64,000 nucleotides of DNA, from NCBI GenBank assembly GCA_977017645.1, contig OZ360240.1, positions 75,826,001-75,890,000 on the forward strand, given 5' to 3'. The notes below the pieces were generated by a model. The model ran no database searches, was not told where the DNA came from, and worked only from the letters and a program-made list of their open reading frames with translations. Below are positions 23,630-36,227 of this stretch, piece by piece (the stretch's first letter is position 1; each line of letters begins with the position of its first letter). A program made the position numbers and the translations under genes. This DNA is from Torpedo marmorata (taxonomy: Eukaryota).

Positions 23630-24060
23630 CATGTTCTCCAATCCAGGCAACATCCTGGTAAATCTCCTCTGCACCCTGTTCAAAGCATCTACATCCTTTT
23701 TGTAATGAGGCGACCAGAACTGAACGCATACTCCAAATGTGGTCTAATCAAAGTTTTACAGAGCTACAACATTAACACGTAGCTCTTGAACTCAGTTCCC
23801 CAAGTAATGACACCATATGCCTGTTCAACCACCCTAACGACTTGCGTGGTAACCTTGAGGAATCTATGGACCTGGACCCCAACATCTCTCTCTTCCTCCA
23901 CACGGTTAAGAATCCTGCATGTATTCACCAAGTTCGACCTTCCAAAATACATTTATCCGGATTGAACTCCATCTGTTACTTCTCCGCCCAACTCTGCATC
24001 CTGTCTATATCCTGTTGTAACCTACGACAACCTTCAACACGATCCACAACACCTTTGTAT
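23630..24060 (-). mobile_element. CR1 RT fragment
   Basis: ORF 23764-23952 (YFGRSN, EERDVGVQVH). Confidence 0.75.
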
Positions 24061-24214
24061 CATATATGAAGGTTGGCAGGTTAACAGCCTTAAATTGTCC
24101 CAAGTGCACCCAGGTGATAGAATGTAGATGTGAATGGGATTCGTGTAGGATTAGTGTAATTGGGTGTTTCATGGAATTGGTGAGCCTCTTTCTGTGCTGT
24201 GTAAGACTTTATCA

Positions 24215-24555
24215 AGTTGAAGTTCATTATCATCTGACTGTACATGTACATCCAGACGAAACAGCATTTCTCCCATCCACGGTGCGCACACATTCACACA
24301 CAACACACAGCATGTAATGGTCAGATATATACATAAAAATATAATATAAAATAAATATATCTAAATATTTTGGATTAATTTAATCATTTCATTAACAAGA
24401 GACCCAAGGTTACTGTTCATCAATCTCACAGCTTGCCGATGAAGCCATTTCCCAGCCTGGCAGTTCTGATTTTGATGTTCCTGTACCTCCTTCTTGATGG
24501 TAGTGGGTCAAAGATCCCCTGTGATGGATGGAAAGGGTCTTCAATAATTCTTCTG
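24215..24555 (-). mobile_element. Rex1-type 3' end
   Basis: Tail matches 25200-25250 in the opposite orientation. Confidence 0.6.
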
Positions 24556-24819
24556 ACTCTCCTGCCTTCCCTGCCACTTCCCAAGTTGCAGTGTTGTGAC
24601 CAAAGTTCAGTAATGTTAAAACATTCCCTCCTTTTTATCCTGACCCTGTCAATCCATCAGCCTTATTAATTATACTTTGTGGATGCCGAGTAGTTTTTGG
24701 TGATCCCTTTCACAGTTCCAAGCATCTTATGATGTAGAAAATGGTGTTATCTGTCTTTCTGGGATCCAAAGAAAACAATCTCCCCACATCCCACTAGTGC
24801 AGTTTAGAGTTAGACCATT

Positions 24820-25250
24820 AACTTTACTGAAAGATCATTGGGGTCTCCCTTTCCTCTATTGACGACATTCAATGGGATCGTTGCTTAAACAGGGCTCAAA
24901 GAATTATTGAGGATCCCTACCATTCATCACACAGGATCTTTGACCCACTACCATCAAGAAGGAGGTACCGTACAGGAGCATCAAAATCAGGACTGCCAGG
25001 CTGGGAAATGGCTTCTTCTCGCAGGCTGTGAGATTGATGAACAGTATCCTGTAACCTTGGGTCTCTTATAAATGAAACAAGTAAATTATTCCAAAATATT
25101 TATATATATTTATTTTATATTATATGTTTATGTATAGATGTGAGTATTATGAGCTGTGTATGATGTGTGCGTGTGTGTGCACTGTGGTCCGGAGAAATGC
25201 TGTTTCGTCTGGTTGTATATGTACAGTCAGATGATAATAAACTGGAACTA
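24820..25250 (+). mobile_element. Rex1-type 3' end
   Basis: GAAAAGATCATTGGGGTCTC-like start, GFFSQAVRLMN; tail GATAATAAACTGGAAC. Confidence 0.65.
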
Positions 25251-26515
25251 TACAATAAGCAGAGCTCCAGACACTGAACACTGACATTTGGGGGTCTCCG
25301 CATGGGGGTCTGGTATAGAATCTTCACATTTTGAGGGGCCTACACATCAATTGCCACCACATAGGAGTCCGTACACTGTACTCTGGCATTTCAGGGTTTG
25401 CATATTATAGACAAATATTGGTCTTCATACAGAATACCTCGAATACAGGTCAATGTATTCAACACTCATGGTGAACACAGTAAACTGTGTTCCTTGCAAT
25501 CTCCTGCCACATCCTGCAATACTCAGTTGAGGGTCACTCTAACGACTGATGCACAGATAAAAGGCATTCATTTACAGAAATAACACAGAAAATGTTACCA
25601 CATGAGCTGCACGTGTGGCTTTGGAAGAGACGGGGAAAAAAAGCTTCAATAATGCAGTCACTTTTACAACCCTGAGACATACTCGCTATCTTCCCCAATA
25701 GTGATGAGCAAAGGTAGATTGGGAAATCAGGCGAGTCAAATAAATGGAGGTCGATATGTGTGACAGAAATTGAAAGAAAAATCAAATAATTCTCAATAAA
25801 TATATACTGTATTCCCTTTGGAAATAAAGACTCTTCAGGAAAAGTGATATACATGGCCAGCTCAAGAAATTAAAGATAGTTTAAAATTGATGGAAGGGAT
25901 TTAGAAAGTTATGAAGACTTTTAGAATTTTAGAAATCAGCAATGACAAAAATTGATAAAGTAGCAGGGAACAGAATATGAGAATGAAACATCAAGAAATA
26001 TAGCAACATATAAGTACTGGGAGAGGAAAGGAGTAATGAACGCTCGCCTTGTCTATAGTGGTGTACAGAACCCCATCTTCAATTTCCCTTACAGTCGCTC
26101 ACTGCCCTTTTAACTCCCTTGGGTAGCAAAGGCCCAAACTCGACAGAAGTGTCACTCCCTGGTACTGCAGCAAATAACAAAGCAACCATCCTTTTATGGA
26201 AGCCAGTAAACTCTCCAGCACGAGCAGGATCTCACACAACAATGTATCAGAAGTCACACCCATCAGTTTTTAAAGGTACACTTACAATATTCACGACAAG
26301 GATCCAGGTCCATCTCAGGAACTGAAACAAGAAGTCATTGAACTCCCCATATAACCACAAAAAAAAGGTGAAGGGCTCAGGCCTGAAACGTTGGCTGCCT
26401 TTTCCTTTCAAGTCCAGCACTTCTAGCTTCAAGAACAGTCTTTATCCAACAGCTATCAGGCTCTTGAACTTCCCCGAACTATTGTAACATCAGTTTTTTT
26501 TGCACTAACTCAACT

Positions 26516-28055
26516 GTGAATATTCCCCGTTTCTACCTTCTACCCAAGATACACAAACCCAACCATCCGGGCAGACCCAATATTTCTGCCTTCTCCTGCC
26601 CCACCGAACTAGTTTCATCTTACCTTGACTCTATCTTTTCTCCCCTGGTCCAATCCCTCTCCACCTACATCCGCGACACCTCACAATGCCCTCCATCTCC
26701 TCAATGACTTCAGATTCTCCGATCCAGACCGCCTCATCTTCACGATGGACGTCCAATCCCTTTATACCTCTATCCCCCACACAGAAGGTCTCAAAGCACT
26801 TCGCTTCTCTCTCCATCTCGGGAGACAAGCTTTCCACCGACATATATTACAAACCCTCTAACTCCCACAACTACCTTGACTACACTTCCTCACACCCTGT
26901 CCCCTGCAAGGATTCCATCCCCTTCTCTCAATTTCTCCGTCTCCACCGCATCTGTTCTCAAGATGAGGTCTTCCAGTCCAGATCTTCCGAAATGTCTGCC
27001 TTCTTCCACAAACGTGGCTTCCCCTCCACCACTATCAACTCAGCCCTCACCCACATCTCCTCCATTTCCCGCTCATCTGCCCTGGCCCCCTCTGCCCCCA
27101 GACGCAACAAACATTGAATCCCCCTCATCCTCACCTACCACCCCACCAGCCTCCGCATCCAACACATTATCCGCCGGAATTTCCGGCACTTACTTACAGG
27201 ATCCCATCACCAGACACATTTTTCCTTCTCCTCCCCTCTCAGCCTTCCGCAGGGACCGCTCCCTCCGCGATTCCCTCGTGCACTCATCCCTCCCTACCCA
27301 TCGCACCCCCTGCACCTTCCCCTATGCCAGCAGGAGGTGCAACACTTGCGCCCACACCTCCCCCCTCACCACGGTCCGGGGCCCCAAACAGGCCTTTCAA
27401 GTGAAACTACACTTCACGTACATCCAGAGAACTTATTTACTGCATATGGTGCTCCTTTTGTGGCATTCTCTACATCGGAGAGACCGATCGTAGATTGGAA
27501 GATCGCTTCGATGAGCACCTCCTCTCCGTCCGAAACAACAGCGACCTCCCAGTAGCCAACCATTTCAATTCCGAGTCACACTCCCACACTCACATGTCTG
27601 TCCATGGCCTTATGTACTATCCCACCCAGACCACCCGCAAATTGGAGGAACAACACCTTATTTTCCGTCTGGGCACTCTCCAGCCAGATGGCATTAACAT
27701 TGACTTTTCTGCTGTCCACTAAACCTGCTTGTCTTTTCCTTCCCTTCCCCCCTTCCCTGTCCTTCTAGTTCTTCTACCCACCCAGCCATCCCTCCTCCCC
27801 CTCTTTGCTGCTGTCCCCTCCCTCCTTTCTCCACCTATCATCTCCTGCCTTTGCCACCCCCCTTCCCCCCCTCACTCTTTTGTTCGGATGCCTGCCGGCA
27901 TTTTCTCAAACTTTGATGAAGGGCTCAAGCCTGAAACGTCAGTTATGTATTTCTACCTTTGCTACATAAAATACACTGTTTGACCTGCTGAGTTTCTCCA
28001 GCATTTTGTGTTTTTACTTCAACCACGGTGTCTACAGATTTTCGTGATTTACTTG
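26516..28055 (+). mobile_element. Penelope-like element, internally deleted (RT N-part, GIY-YIG endonuclease, 3' region)
   Basis: RFYLLPKIHKP..GRP, FTMDVQSLYTSIPH, then a jump at ~26805 to TDIYYKP..YLDYTSSHP; YIGET..RF.EH; LEEQHLIFRLGTLQPDGIN. Confidence 0.92.
27909..27944 (+). ncRNA. Minimal type I hammerhead ribozyme motif
   Basis: Stem I AACT/AGTT, core TTGATGA, stem II GGGC-TCAA-GCCT, GAAA, palindromic ACGT stem III, GTC cleavage triplet. Confidence 0.7.
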
Positions 28056-28469
28056 TGGATATTTATTTATCTATCCTTTTATATTTAGTGTTCTATTTTA
28101 TCTCATGGGGTAATTCAGATCATATTTATTGTTGGTGCATTTTACGTACCTGTGTAGCTGTAGCAAACAAGAATTTCAGTGCACAAGTACACTGTACTCA
28201 TGTGTATGAAAATAAACTCTCATCATCACCATTATGTAAAGGACATTGACTTCCACATTCACATTCACATTGATGCAGTACTTTTCAAAGGTGCCTTGCA
28301 CTTTCAAGTTGCTAAACTTGTTTGGTGACAAAGCAAATGTTAAGTTAAAGTAATGACACATATCAGTTAAATATGTAAGAAAAGCAATGGTTGCCTGGGT
28401 TACAAATACACACTTGTTTTTTTTGTCTATTTGTTTTGGTAAAGAAACAGGTTTTCCAGCATGTGATTC

Positions 28470-29725
28470 GAGAGGCTCGTCATGAGGCACATCAAGCTTC
28501 TGCTGCCCCCATCACTGGACCCCCTGCAGTTCGCATATTGATCAAACCGCTCCACAGATGATGCCATCATTACCACCCTCCACCTAGCCCTCACCCACCT
28601 GGAAAATAAGGACGCGTATGTTCGAATGCTGTTTATTGACTTCAGCTCGGCATTCAACACGATCATACCTCAGTACCTGATAGGGAAGTTGAGGGGGCTG
28701 GGCCTAAACTACACCTTCTGTAATTGGATCCTAGACTTCCTGACGGGAAGACCTCAGGCAGTCCGGATTGGAAACAGCACTTCCAAGGTCATTACATTGA
28801 GCACGGGGGCTCCCCAGGGCTGTGTGCTTAGTCCATTGCTGTTCACTCTGCTGACTCATGACTGTGTAGCAAAATACAGCTCGAATCATATCATAAAGTT
28901 TGCTGATGATACAACCGTGGTGGGCCTTATCAGTAAGAATGATGAGTCAGCATACAGAGATGAGGTGCAGTCGCTAACTGAATGGTGTGGTAACAACAAC
29001 CTGCAGCTGAACGTGAACAAAACAAAAGAGTTGGTTGTTGACTTCAGAAGGGCCTGGGGGGATCATTCTCCTTTGACCATGGAAGGCTCTACCGTTGAGG
29101 TCGTAAAGAGTACCATGTTTCTTGGAGTGCACTTGGCGGAGAGTCTCAGCTGGTCCCTAAACACCAGTTCCATAGTCAAGAAAGCCCAGCAGCGTCTTTA
29201 CTTCCTGCGAAGACTGAGGAAAGTTCATCTCCCACCCCCTATCCTTACTACATTCTACAGGGGATGTATTGAGAGTATTCTGAGCAATTGCATCACCGCT
29301 TGGTTTGGAAACTGTACTACCTCGGATCGAAAGACCCTGCAGAGGATAGTGGGGTCAGCGGAGAAAATTATTGGAGTCTCTCTCCCCACCATGACGGACA
29401 TCTACAACACACGATGCATGAGGAAGGCTAAAAACATTGTGAATGACTAATCACACCCCTTTGGTAAACTGTTTTCCCCTTTGCCATCTGGAAGGAGGTA
29501 CCGAAGCACTCGGGCTCGTACGTCCAGACTGTGCAACAGTTTTTTCCCCCAAGCCATCAGGCTCCTCAATTCCTAGATAAATATGTGTATTAGCATGTTA
29601 TAGTTTTTCTATTCTATTATGATATTTATGTACATCTGCCCACGGTCCTGGAGAAACGCTATCTCGTCTTACTGTGTATATGGTAATGAACGACAAATAA
29701 AGGTGACTTGACTTGACTTAACTTG
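28470..29725 (+). mobile_element. Rex1/Babar LINE, 5'-truncated, relatively young
   Basis: ORF 28626-29450 ([35 protein letters not shown]); tail (GACTT)n; near-identical to 48540-49115. Confidence 0.93.
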
Positions 29726-29912
29726 ATTCAAGTCATTCAGGTCTGGTTAGAAGATTGACGGTGTGTTACTCATTGTTATAAATGGGCTGGGATGGTGGGG
29801 GAGGGGTACTTGAACCTGAGATTTATCCGTGTCTCCTTTCCTCAGGATATAATGCAAGTACTCTGAAAAGGAAGTTCCTCGTTCAATTTTACAAAGTTGA
29901 CCTGTGATAATT

Positions 29913-29949
29913 TAAAAAAAATTTAGACATACAGCACGGTAACAGGCCC
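29913..29949 (-). mobile_element. V-SINE 3' end (rest at 36796-37023)
   Basis: ATTTAGACATACAGCACGGTAACAGGCCC, as in intact copies at 52380 and 53860. Confidence 0.85.
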
Positions 29950-30522
29950 TATAGTGACTTCAATCCAACAAATAGTCACTTGGAGGCTAGGTGAGATACT
30001 TGTTCTTGACGCGTTTCAATTAATTTACTAACAAAGTCTAATATGTTCAAAATCTTTATTAACACATGATGACTTGTAGCAATCTTCAATAACGTAAATA
30101 TCTTCTTTAATGAAATATAAACAATTCTTGATAACGATGATCAACGATTCTTCAAAACATCTATAAACTTCCTTTAAACGTTACATTAAACATTCTTTTG
30201 ACGGTCAATGAAAGATATAGCGATCTCACTCACCCTCCTCTAAGCCACCATCTTTTTCTAACCCTTTTTCCCCGATTCGCGCATGCTCCAACCACGCATA
30301 CTACACCGCGCATACTCCACAGCGCATACTCCACTGCGCATACTCCACCGCGCATACTCCACCGCGCATACTGCTGTCACTTCCCAACTGTGTATGCGCC
30401 CGTCGGCACTCTCGCTCATGCGCAGAGTACTAAATAGGCCCAGAACGACCTACTAAACTCTGTGACTCCTGCGAACCCCACTGAGACCATTGGAACGCCG
30501 CGATGAAGGTAAATAAGTAACA
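29950..30522 (-). repeat. BEL 3' LTR
   Basis: Direct repeat of 36228-36779; minus-strand termini TGTTAC...TATA; internal 14-bp repeat CCGCGCATACTCCA (~6 copies here, ~4 in the 5' LTR). Confidence 0.93.
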
Positions 30523-31356
30523 CCGGCCCCTAATTATTATAATGAGACACAATGTCTTAAATAATAATTACACAATAAATGACAAATAACAATAACCATA
30601 TAACATTCAAACAATATACATATCTTCTTTCTTCATAAGACCAGAGTTTACCATAACTCTGAATCAACAAAAGTCTGTAACCTGTGAAGTATACAACAAC
30701 AAATAAAGTCAGTTTGTATTTATCAAAGTTCCTCCGTCTCCAACAGAAGGCAGACCTTGTTAATAGGTCGATTTAGAAAGCCAGTCTTAGTTTTAATTCG
30801 AACTTGACGCACAAGTCCCCTTTTGTCCTGAATAGTCTCAATAATTTTTCCAAGTAACCAGGAGCTTCTTGGAGTTGAATTATCCATAATAATCACAATG
30901 TCTCCTCAAAGTTCTTTTATCTCCAGAATCTTTGAGTTAAAACGTCGACCAGTAAACCTCAAATCTTCCTCACGCAAAATAGATACAGTTTTTCTTTTGA
31001 ATTTAACACGAGGCACTTCTTCAGCATGTCGTTTCACTTTATTCCTTTCTTCAGCATTCCACTTCTCATGTGAAGAATTTAAACACTTAGAACTAGAATT
31101 TGAATATTTATCTGATCCTCTCGATTTTAATAAACGAGTCTCTTTAAGCACTCTGGTTTCTATTGCCTTTTCCTGCAATTCCAAATCCAATTTTGCAACT
31201 TTCAATTCAGTCTCAGTTCCTTCTGAGAAATTAATAACTTGATCTGAAGTGAAAATATTATGTGATACATTGATATTTCTATTGTCAACCCTGCTGTGGT
31301 AAACTTGAAATTTTTGAATTTCTTCATCTACCTTGTTACATTTCTGTAATGCAATA

Positions 31357-32441
31357 CAGGTGCCTAACCTTTTATCCGTAATTCCAAAAACCGAAAACCT
31401 CCGAAAACCGAGCATTTTTTCCAGTGTATTTTCAGGTGTTTCGCCAGTTAATGTTTGAAGTTTTACTGTATGTTTTACTTAAAAATAAAAAGTACGCCAG
31501 TAATTTAATGGTATATCTTTATCTCACTTCATTTACCAACCCCCCCCACCCCGTCGAGCTCCACCGCGAACCCCCCCAGTCCAGCGCCGCTGCGAATGCC
31601 CCTGTCCAGCGCTGCTGCGAACGCTGCCGCGAACCCCCAGGTCCAGTGCCACCGCGAACCCACCCCATTCAACGCCGCCATGAACCCCCCACCCCGTCGA
31701 GCGCCACCGTGAACCCCCACCCCAGTCCAGTGCCGCCGTGAACGCCCCTGTCCTGCGCCGCTGCGAACACCCCGGTCAAACGCCACCGTGAACCCACCCC
31801 TTTCAGCGCAGCTGCGAACCCCCCATCCAGCGCCGCTGCGAACACCCCCGTCCAGCGCCACCGTGAACCCCCCCAGTCCAGTGCCGCCGCGAACGCCCCC
31901 ATCCAGCGCCACCACGAACAACCCCGTCGAGCGCCACCGCGAACCCACCCCTTTCAGCGCCGCCGCGAACCCCCGACCTGCGCCGCTGCGAATGCCGCCG
32001 CCAACACTGCTGTCCAACGCCGCCGCGAACACCCCCATGCAGTGCCGCCGTGAACACTGCTGTCCAACGCCGCCGCGAACACCCCCATGCAACGCCGCCG
32101 CGAACACCGCTGTCCAGCACCGCCGCGAACACCCCCGTGCAGCGCCGCCGCGAACACCACTGTCCAGCGCCGCCGCGTAAACCCCTGTGCAGCGCTGCCA
32201 CGAACACCCCCACGCAGCGCCGCCGTTAACACCCCCTTCCAGCGCCGCCACAAATCCCCTCCCCCCATCAAGCACCGCCATCCAGAAACCCTTCTAGTTG
32301 GAGTGTGTCTTTGTTTTGGCGAATCTGAAGCAACGCAATTATTTAAAAGTATCACCATTAAAATAATTCTATAATCCGAAAAAATCCGAATTCCGAAAAG
32401 TGTCCGGTCCCAAGGTTTTCGGATAAAAGGTTAGGCACCTG
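31357..32441. mobile_element. Tigger/MER2-like non-autonomous DNA transposon
   Basis: Perfect 22-bp TIRs CAGGTGCCTAACCTTTTATCCG; TA TSD at 31355-31356 and 32442-32443. Confidence 0.93.
31540..32280. repeat. GC-rich ~24-bp minisatellite inside the MITE
   Basis: Recurrent CCAGCGCCGCCGCGAACACCCC-like units. Confidence 0.9.
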
Positions 32442-35394
32442 TATCACTTTCTTTCTGCATTGTTAGTAGCTGAACATTCAATTTACATTCTTGATGGTTT
32501 TCTATAGTCAACTGTTTTGTGTTATTAACCAATAACTTGTTCTCTTTCAAAATATTAATCTCTTCCTCCAACCTTTTACATTTTGATAATGCTGAATCTC
32601 TTTCCTCAATAACTGTATTTATTTCTTCAGCAGTTATTCTTTTCTTCCGCTTTCTGACTTTGCAAATTTTACTTACAATTAAATCTTTCTGTTTACTGTT
32701 TTCATAATTACCTAATATTTCCAATTCCCCTTTCAACATTTTGTTCTCTGAATTCAATTGCATTAAATTATCATTCACATTCTTCTTTATTCCATCAGCA
32801 CAATTTCTTGCGTTCTCCAGTTTTACATCACATTGCAACATTTCTTCATTGACTTTGTCTGTTTTAACCTCTGAACTACAAAATCTACTTTCAAATTTGT
32901 TCTCAGTCACTTGTTTTATTCATGTACCTGATTCAATTACACATGAATAATCAATAGTATTATTTGCAACATCTTCTAATACTTCATTTTCATCCATTTC
33001 TGATGAACATAATTCCTTCAATGTTGTTTTAAATACCTTTGATTTATTTTCACATTGATCTATTTTCTTTTCTTCAAAAGTGATTTTCTTATTCACAGTC
33101 TTTTGCTCTTCCCTTAACTCATCAACTTTCACAACCGAAATCCTGTTAATATTTATCGCTAACTGTTCCTTAGCAATATCATTATTTCTTTCCAATGGTC
33201 CATTGATTGTCCAACCAAGCTTGGTTCTAACAGCGAAAGGTCCATTCCCTCTACTCCATATTACTTCTAGTGGTTCCAAAACCTTTGGCACATCTGAACC
33301 AATCAGCATTTCTATCTCAGAGTTAACTTCAGGTAAATAAACCTTCCACAGATAAGACAAATGATGGAAATCATTTTGATGAGGAATGTTTCCTTCATGC
33401 ACAGGCATAGTCTTCTGAGTGTATAAACTTGGAAGATCACAAAATTTTTTGTCACCAATCCAGCAACCTCTAAGCCTGAAACAATGCTTGTTTCAACGAC
33501 CTTTTCTTGTCCCACGGTTTTCAACATAATTCTTGACCTTCTTCCTTGAATATTAAGATTGTTCATTAGTCCTTCCATGCAAAAAGATGCAGTGCTGCCT
33601 GGGTCTAGAAATGCATATGTATGTACTGTTGCATCCCATTTTTTGTCTTGACTTGTACAGGCACGATCGAAAGTTTGCAGTTATCCACACCGGCCCCGGT
33701 AAGACCACTTGTCTGAACCAAGGTTATAACATTGTTTTCTGATGTTTCCTTTGTTTCTGTTTGCTCCTTTTCCAATTCCTTGTTTCTTTGATGAATATGC
33801 AACATTCTAGGATGTTTCAACTTACATATGTTACAATTAATTCGCTTCTCGCAGTTTTTACTGATGTGCCCTTTACACAGACAGCTAAAACATATTCCAT
33901 TTTCCTTTAAGAAAGCGATCTTCTCATTATGTTCCTTCTTTTCCAACTGTAAACACATTTCCAAAGTATGTCCACCTTTACAGAACAAACAACTCTTCTC
34001 ATTAGTCAAACTTTCCTTTTCCTTATTTACTTTATCTTTTTCTTTATTTATAACTGACATATTAGTAGCAAAAGTACTCCTTTTCAATTTTGGACCAGGC
34101 TGTGAGTTAGACCTCCTTACATCTTTGCCCATTGAATTGTCTCTGGTATTTCCATATATTGGATCTGTTTCAATGTACACCTGTCGTTCAAGAAATTTTA
34201 TCAAGTCCTTTAAGGTAGCTCTTCGACTGTAATTTTCTTGTAAATCACAAGCCAAATTTCTCCATCTATCCCACAACTTGTAAGGTAATTTTTCTAAAAT
34301 GATTCACATATTACCAGGCACTTCAAGCTCACGAATATTATCGATATCTTCCATGGCATTACAACATCCTCTTAAAAATAGAGTATATGCTTGTAGAGCC
34401 TTTACATCATTTTGTTTTATTGATGTCCATTTAAGAGCTTTATCCATATAAGCTAAAGCAATTTGATGCTTGTTGCCAACATGTTGTTCTAATAAAGATT
34501 TAGCTCTGTCTAATCCTCTTTCTGAGGACATATATTGACAACTCTTTACAAGTTCTTTTGGATGTCCTTCTGTGAACATTTCCAAATAATAAAGACATTC
34601 ATCAGGTTCTTGGCATTTATTTTCGATATTGCGTTTGAAAGATCTCATAAACGCTTGGTACTGAAGTGGATCACCATCAAAAGTTTGTATCTCTTTCTTG
34701 GGCAAAGAAGAGAGAGACTGTAACTGAATCAATGATGTAGCAATTTCATTTTGTCTTCCCTTGGATGACAATACATTGCTCTGTTCACCGTCTCTTGTTA
34801 CAGGTAATGTATCTGGAAATCTCACTGGTGTAGTTTCTCCCATATTTCTGATGCTTGACTCAAATGACAAGGGAGCTGCTTCGTTCGACCGAACCCAAGC
34901 CGTAGCTTTGTCTTCAGATGTTTCCACTGGTACATGTGACTCGATACCACAATGCTCTTGAAAGATTTGTCCTTGTATTCGCAAGTCTTGTACCCCTGGT
35001 GCTAAAATATCTATCCTTTTGGTTGGTTTCTTTTCCTGTGACTCTTTTTTAAAATATGACCTTTTATTATCATACACTTTAGATAATTTACTTCGATCAC
35101 CAAATACCATTGATCGTTCTAGTACCTCTTTTTTTGCCTTGGCAGTAGTAATGTTTGCTTCCAGCTCCTGCAGCTCCTTTCTCTGCCTGAGCTGCTCCTT
35201 CTCTTGCCTTAGCTGCTCCTTCAGCTGCTCCTCCTTTTGTTTTAGCTGCTCCTCCTGTCGTTCTAAAATATGTTTATCCTTAAGCGTTTTTTGTTGTGCA
35301 AGAAGAGCGGCCAAGTTAACTTCAATCTTTGTACGTGACGATGAAGAACTTGAAGTACGAGAAACTCTGGAGCTCGAACCAGAATTCGTTTGCT

Positions 35395-35781
35395 TCTCCT
35401 GCTTTCAGCATTTGAGACACTGTCACTTGCTTGTATTTCGTCCTGCAGGTCATATGTTTTCTTCTTACTTACCTCCTTCACAAATTCGAATTGTACATCC
35501 TTTGCATCTTCATCCTCTTCATTTTCTTCATCCTCTTCATTTTCTTCATCATTTAGTGACACAATTTCAGCCATTTCCACGTTGCTATCTTCTTGTTCAT
35601 CTAATGAAACCGCATCTTCCTTTGCCAGCATCAGTCTTGTGATGAGAACCCTTTTATTTCCACTTATATCTAGTTTCATTCCCTTCAATTCTTTTTTAAT
35701 ATCCGCAACCTTCATGTCTTCAATACGTTGGTCCTCAATAGCAACATCAGCAGTTGCTGCGTCAGCGGCTGCTGTGGCCAT
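35395..35781 (-). CDS. N-terminus of BEL Gag with SAP domain and acidic tract (frameshifted from the rest of gag)
   Basis: MATAAADAATA..IEDMKVADIKKELKGMKLDISGNKRVLITRL fits the SAP pattern; followed by BEL-typical DEIQASDSVSN. Confidence 0.75.
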
Positions 35782-36227
35782 TTTACTCGTCTTGTTCCAC
35801 TGTCCTTCAAGCATACACAACACTAGCCAAATCAACAGTCCCCAATGGACAAGCGGCAGCAAATCCAATCTGTGTTCAAACTTGCCAAAGATACACAGGA
35901 GTCCACAGACTTATGCCTACCACTTCAGATGACTGTAATGCCTACCAACGAGTTTCCACCACAACATCCGTCATTAATATCGCTGATTTTCCAGAAATGG
36001 TTTCTCCAACGTATTTATAGTACACTCTACTATAAGATTTGAAGCTTTAAATCCCTCTCTGGCTGTTACTCATGGCAGATGGATGTGGATTACAAACTGC
36101 CCCCAACTCGAGGCATCTCCAAGATGGCCACCATTTTATTTTAAATATCAGTCCAAAGCACAGAGAGATTATTCTATCTTCTTTCCTTCAATTTTCTGTT
36201 CCAAACAACCTCTTTCATTGACTAAAA

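Larger units (their letters stand above)
31293..32682 (-). pseudogene. MIPOL1: MIPOL1-like coiled-coil coding segment inside the BEL element (split by MITE 31357-32441)
   Basis: Joined translation LIVSKICKVRKRKKRITAEEINTVIEERDSALSKCKRLEEEI..NNTKQLTIENHQE..LLTMQKESDIALQKCNKVDEEIQKFQVYHS resembles vertebrate MIPOL1 as I recall it (RITAEEMSALIEERDAALSKCKRLEQEL..EEEIQTLRVYYS). Not searched. Confidence 0.75.

Noticed and set aside
31529-32374. Ala/Gly/Arg-rich ORFs
   Set aside because: Translations of the GC-rich minisatellite inside a MITE.
31293-32682. Genuine MIPOL1 locus exons
   Set aside because: Segment lies between two LTRs, in frame with retroelement sequence, with no evident introns or other exons nearby.
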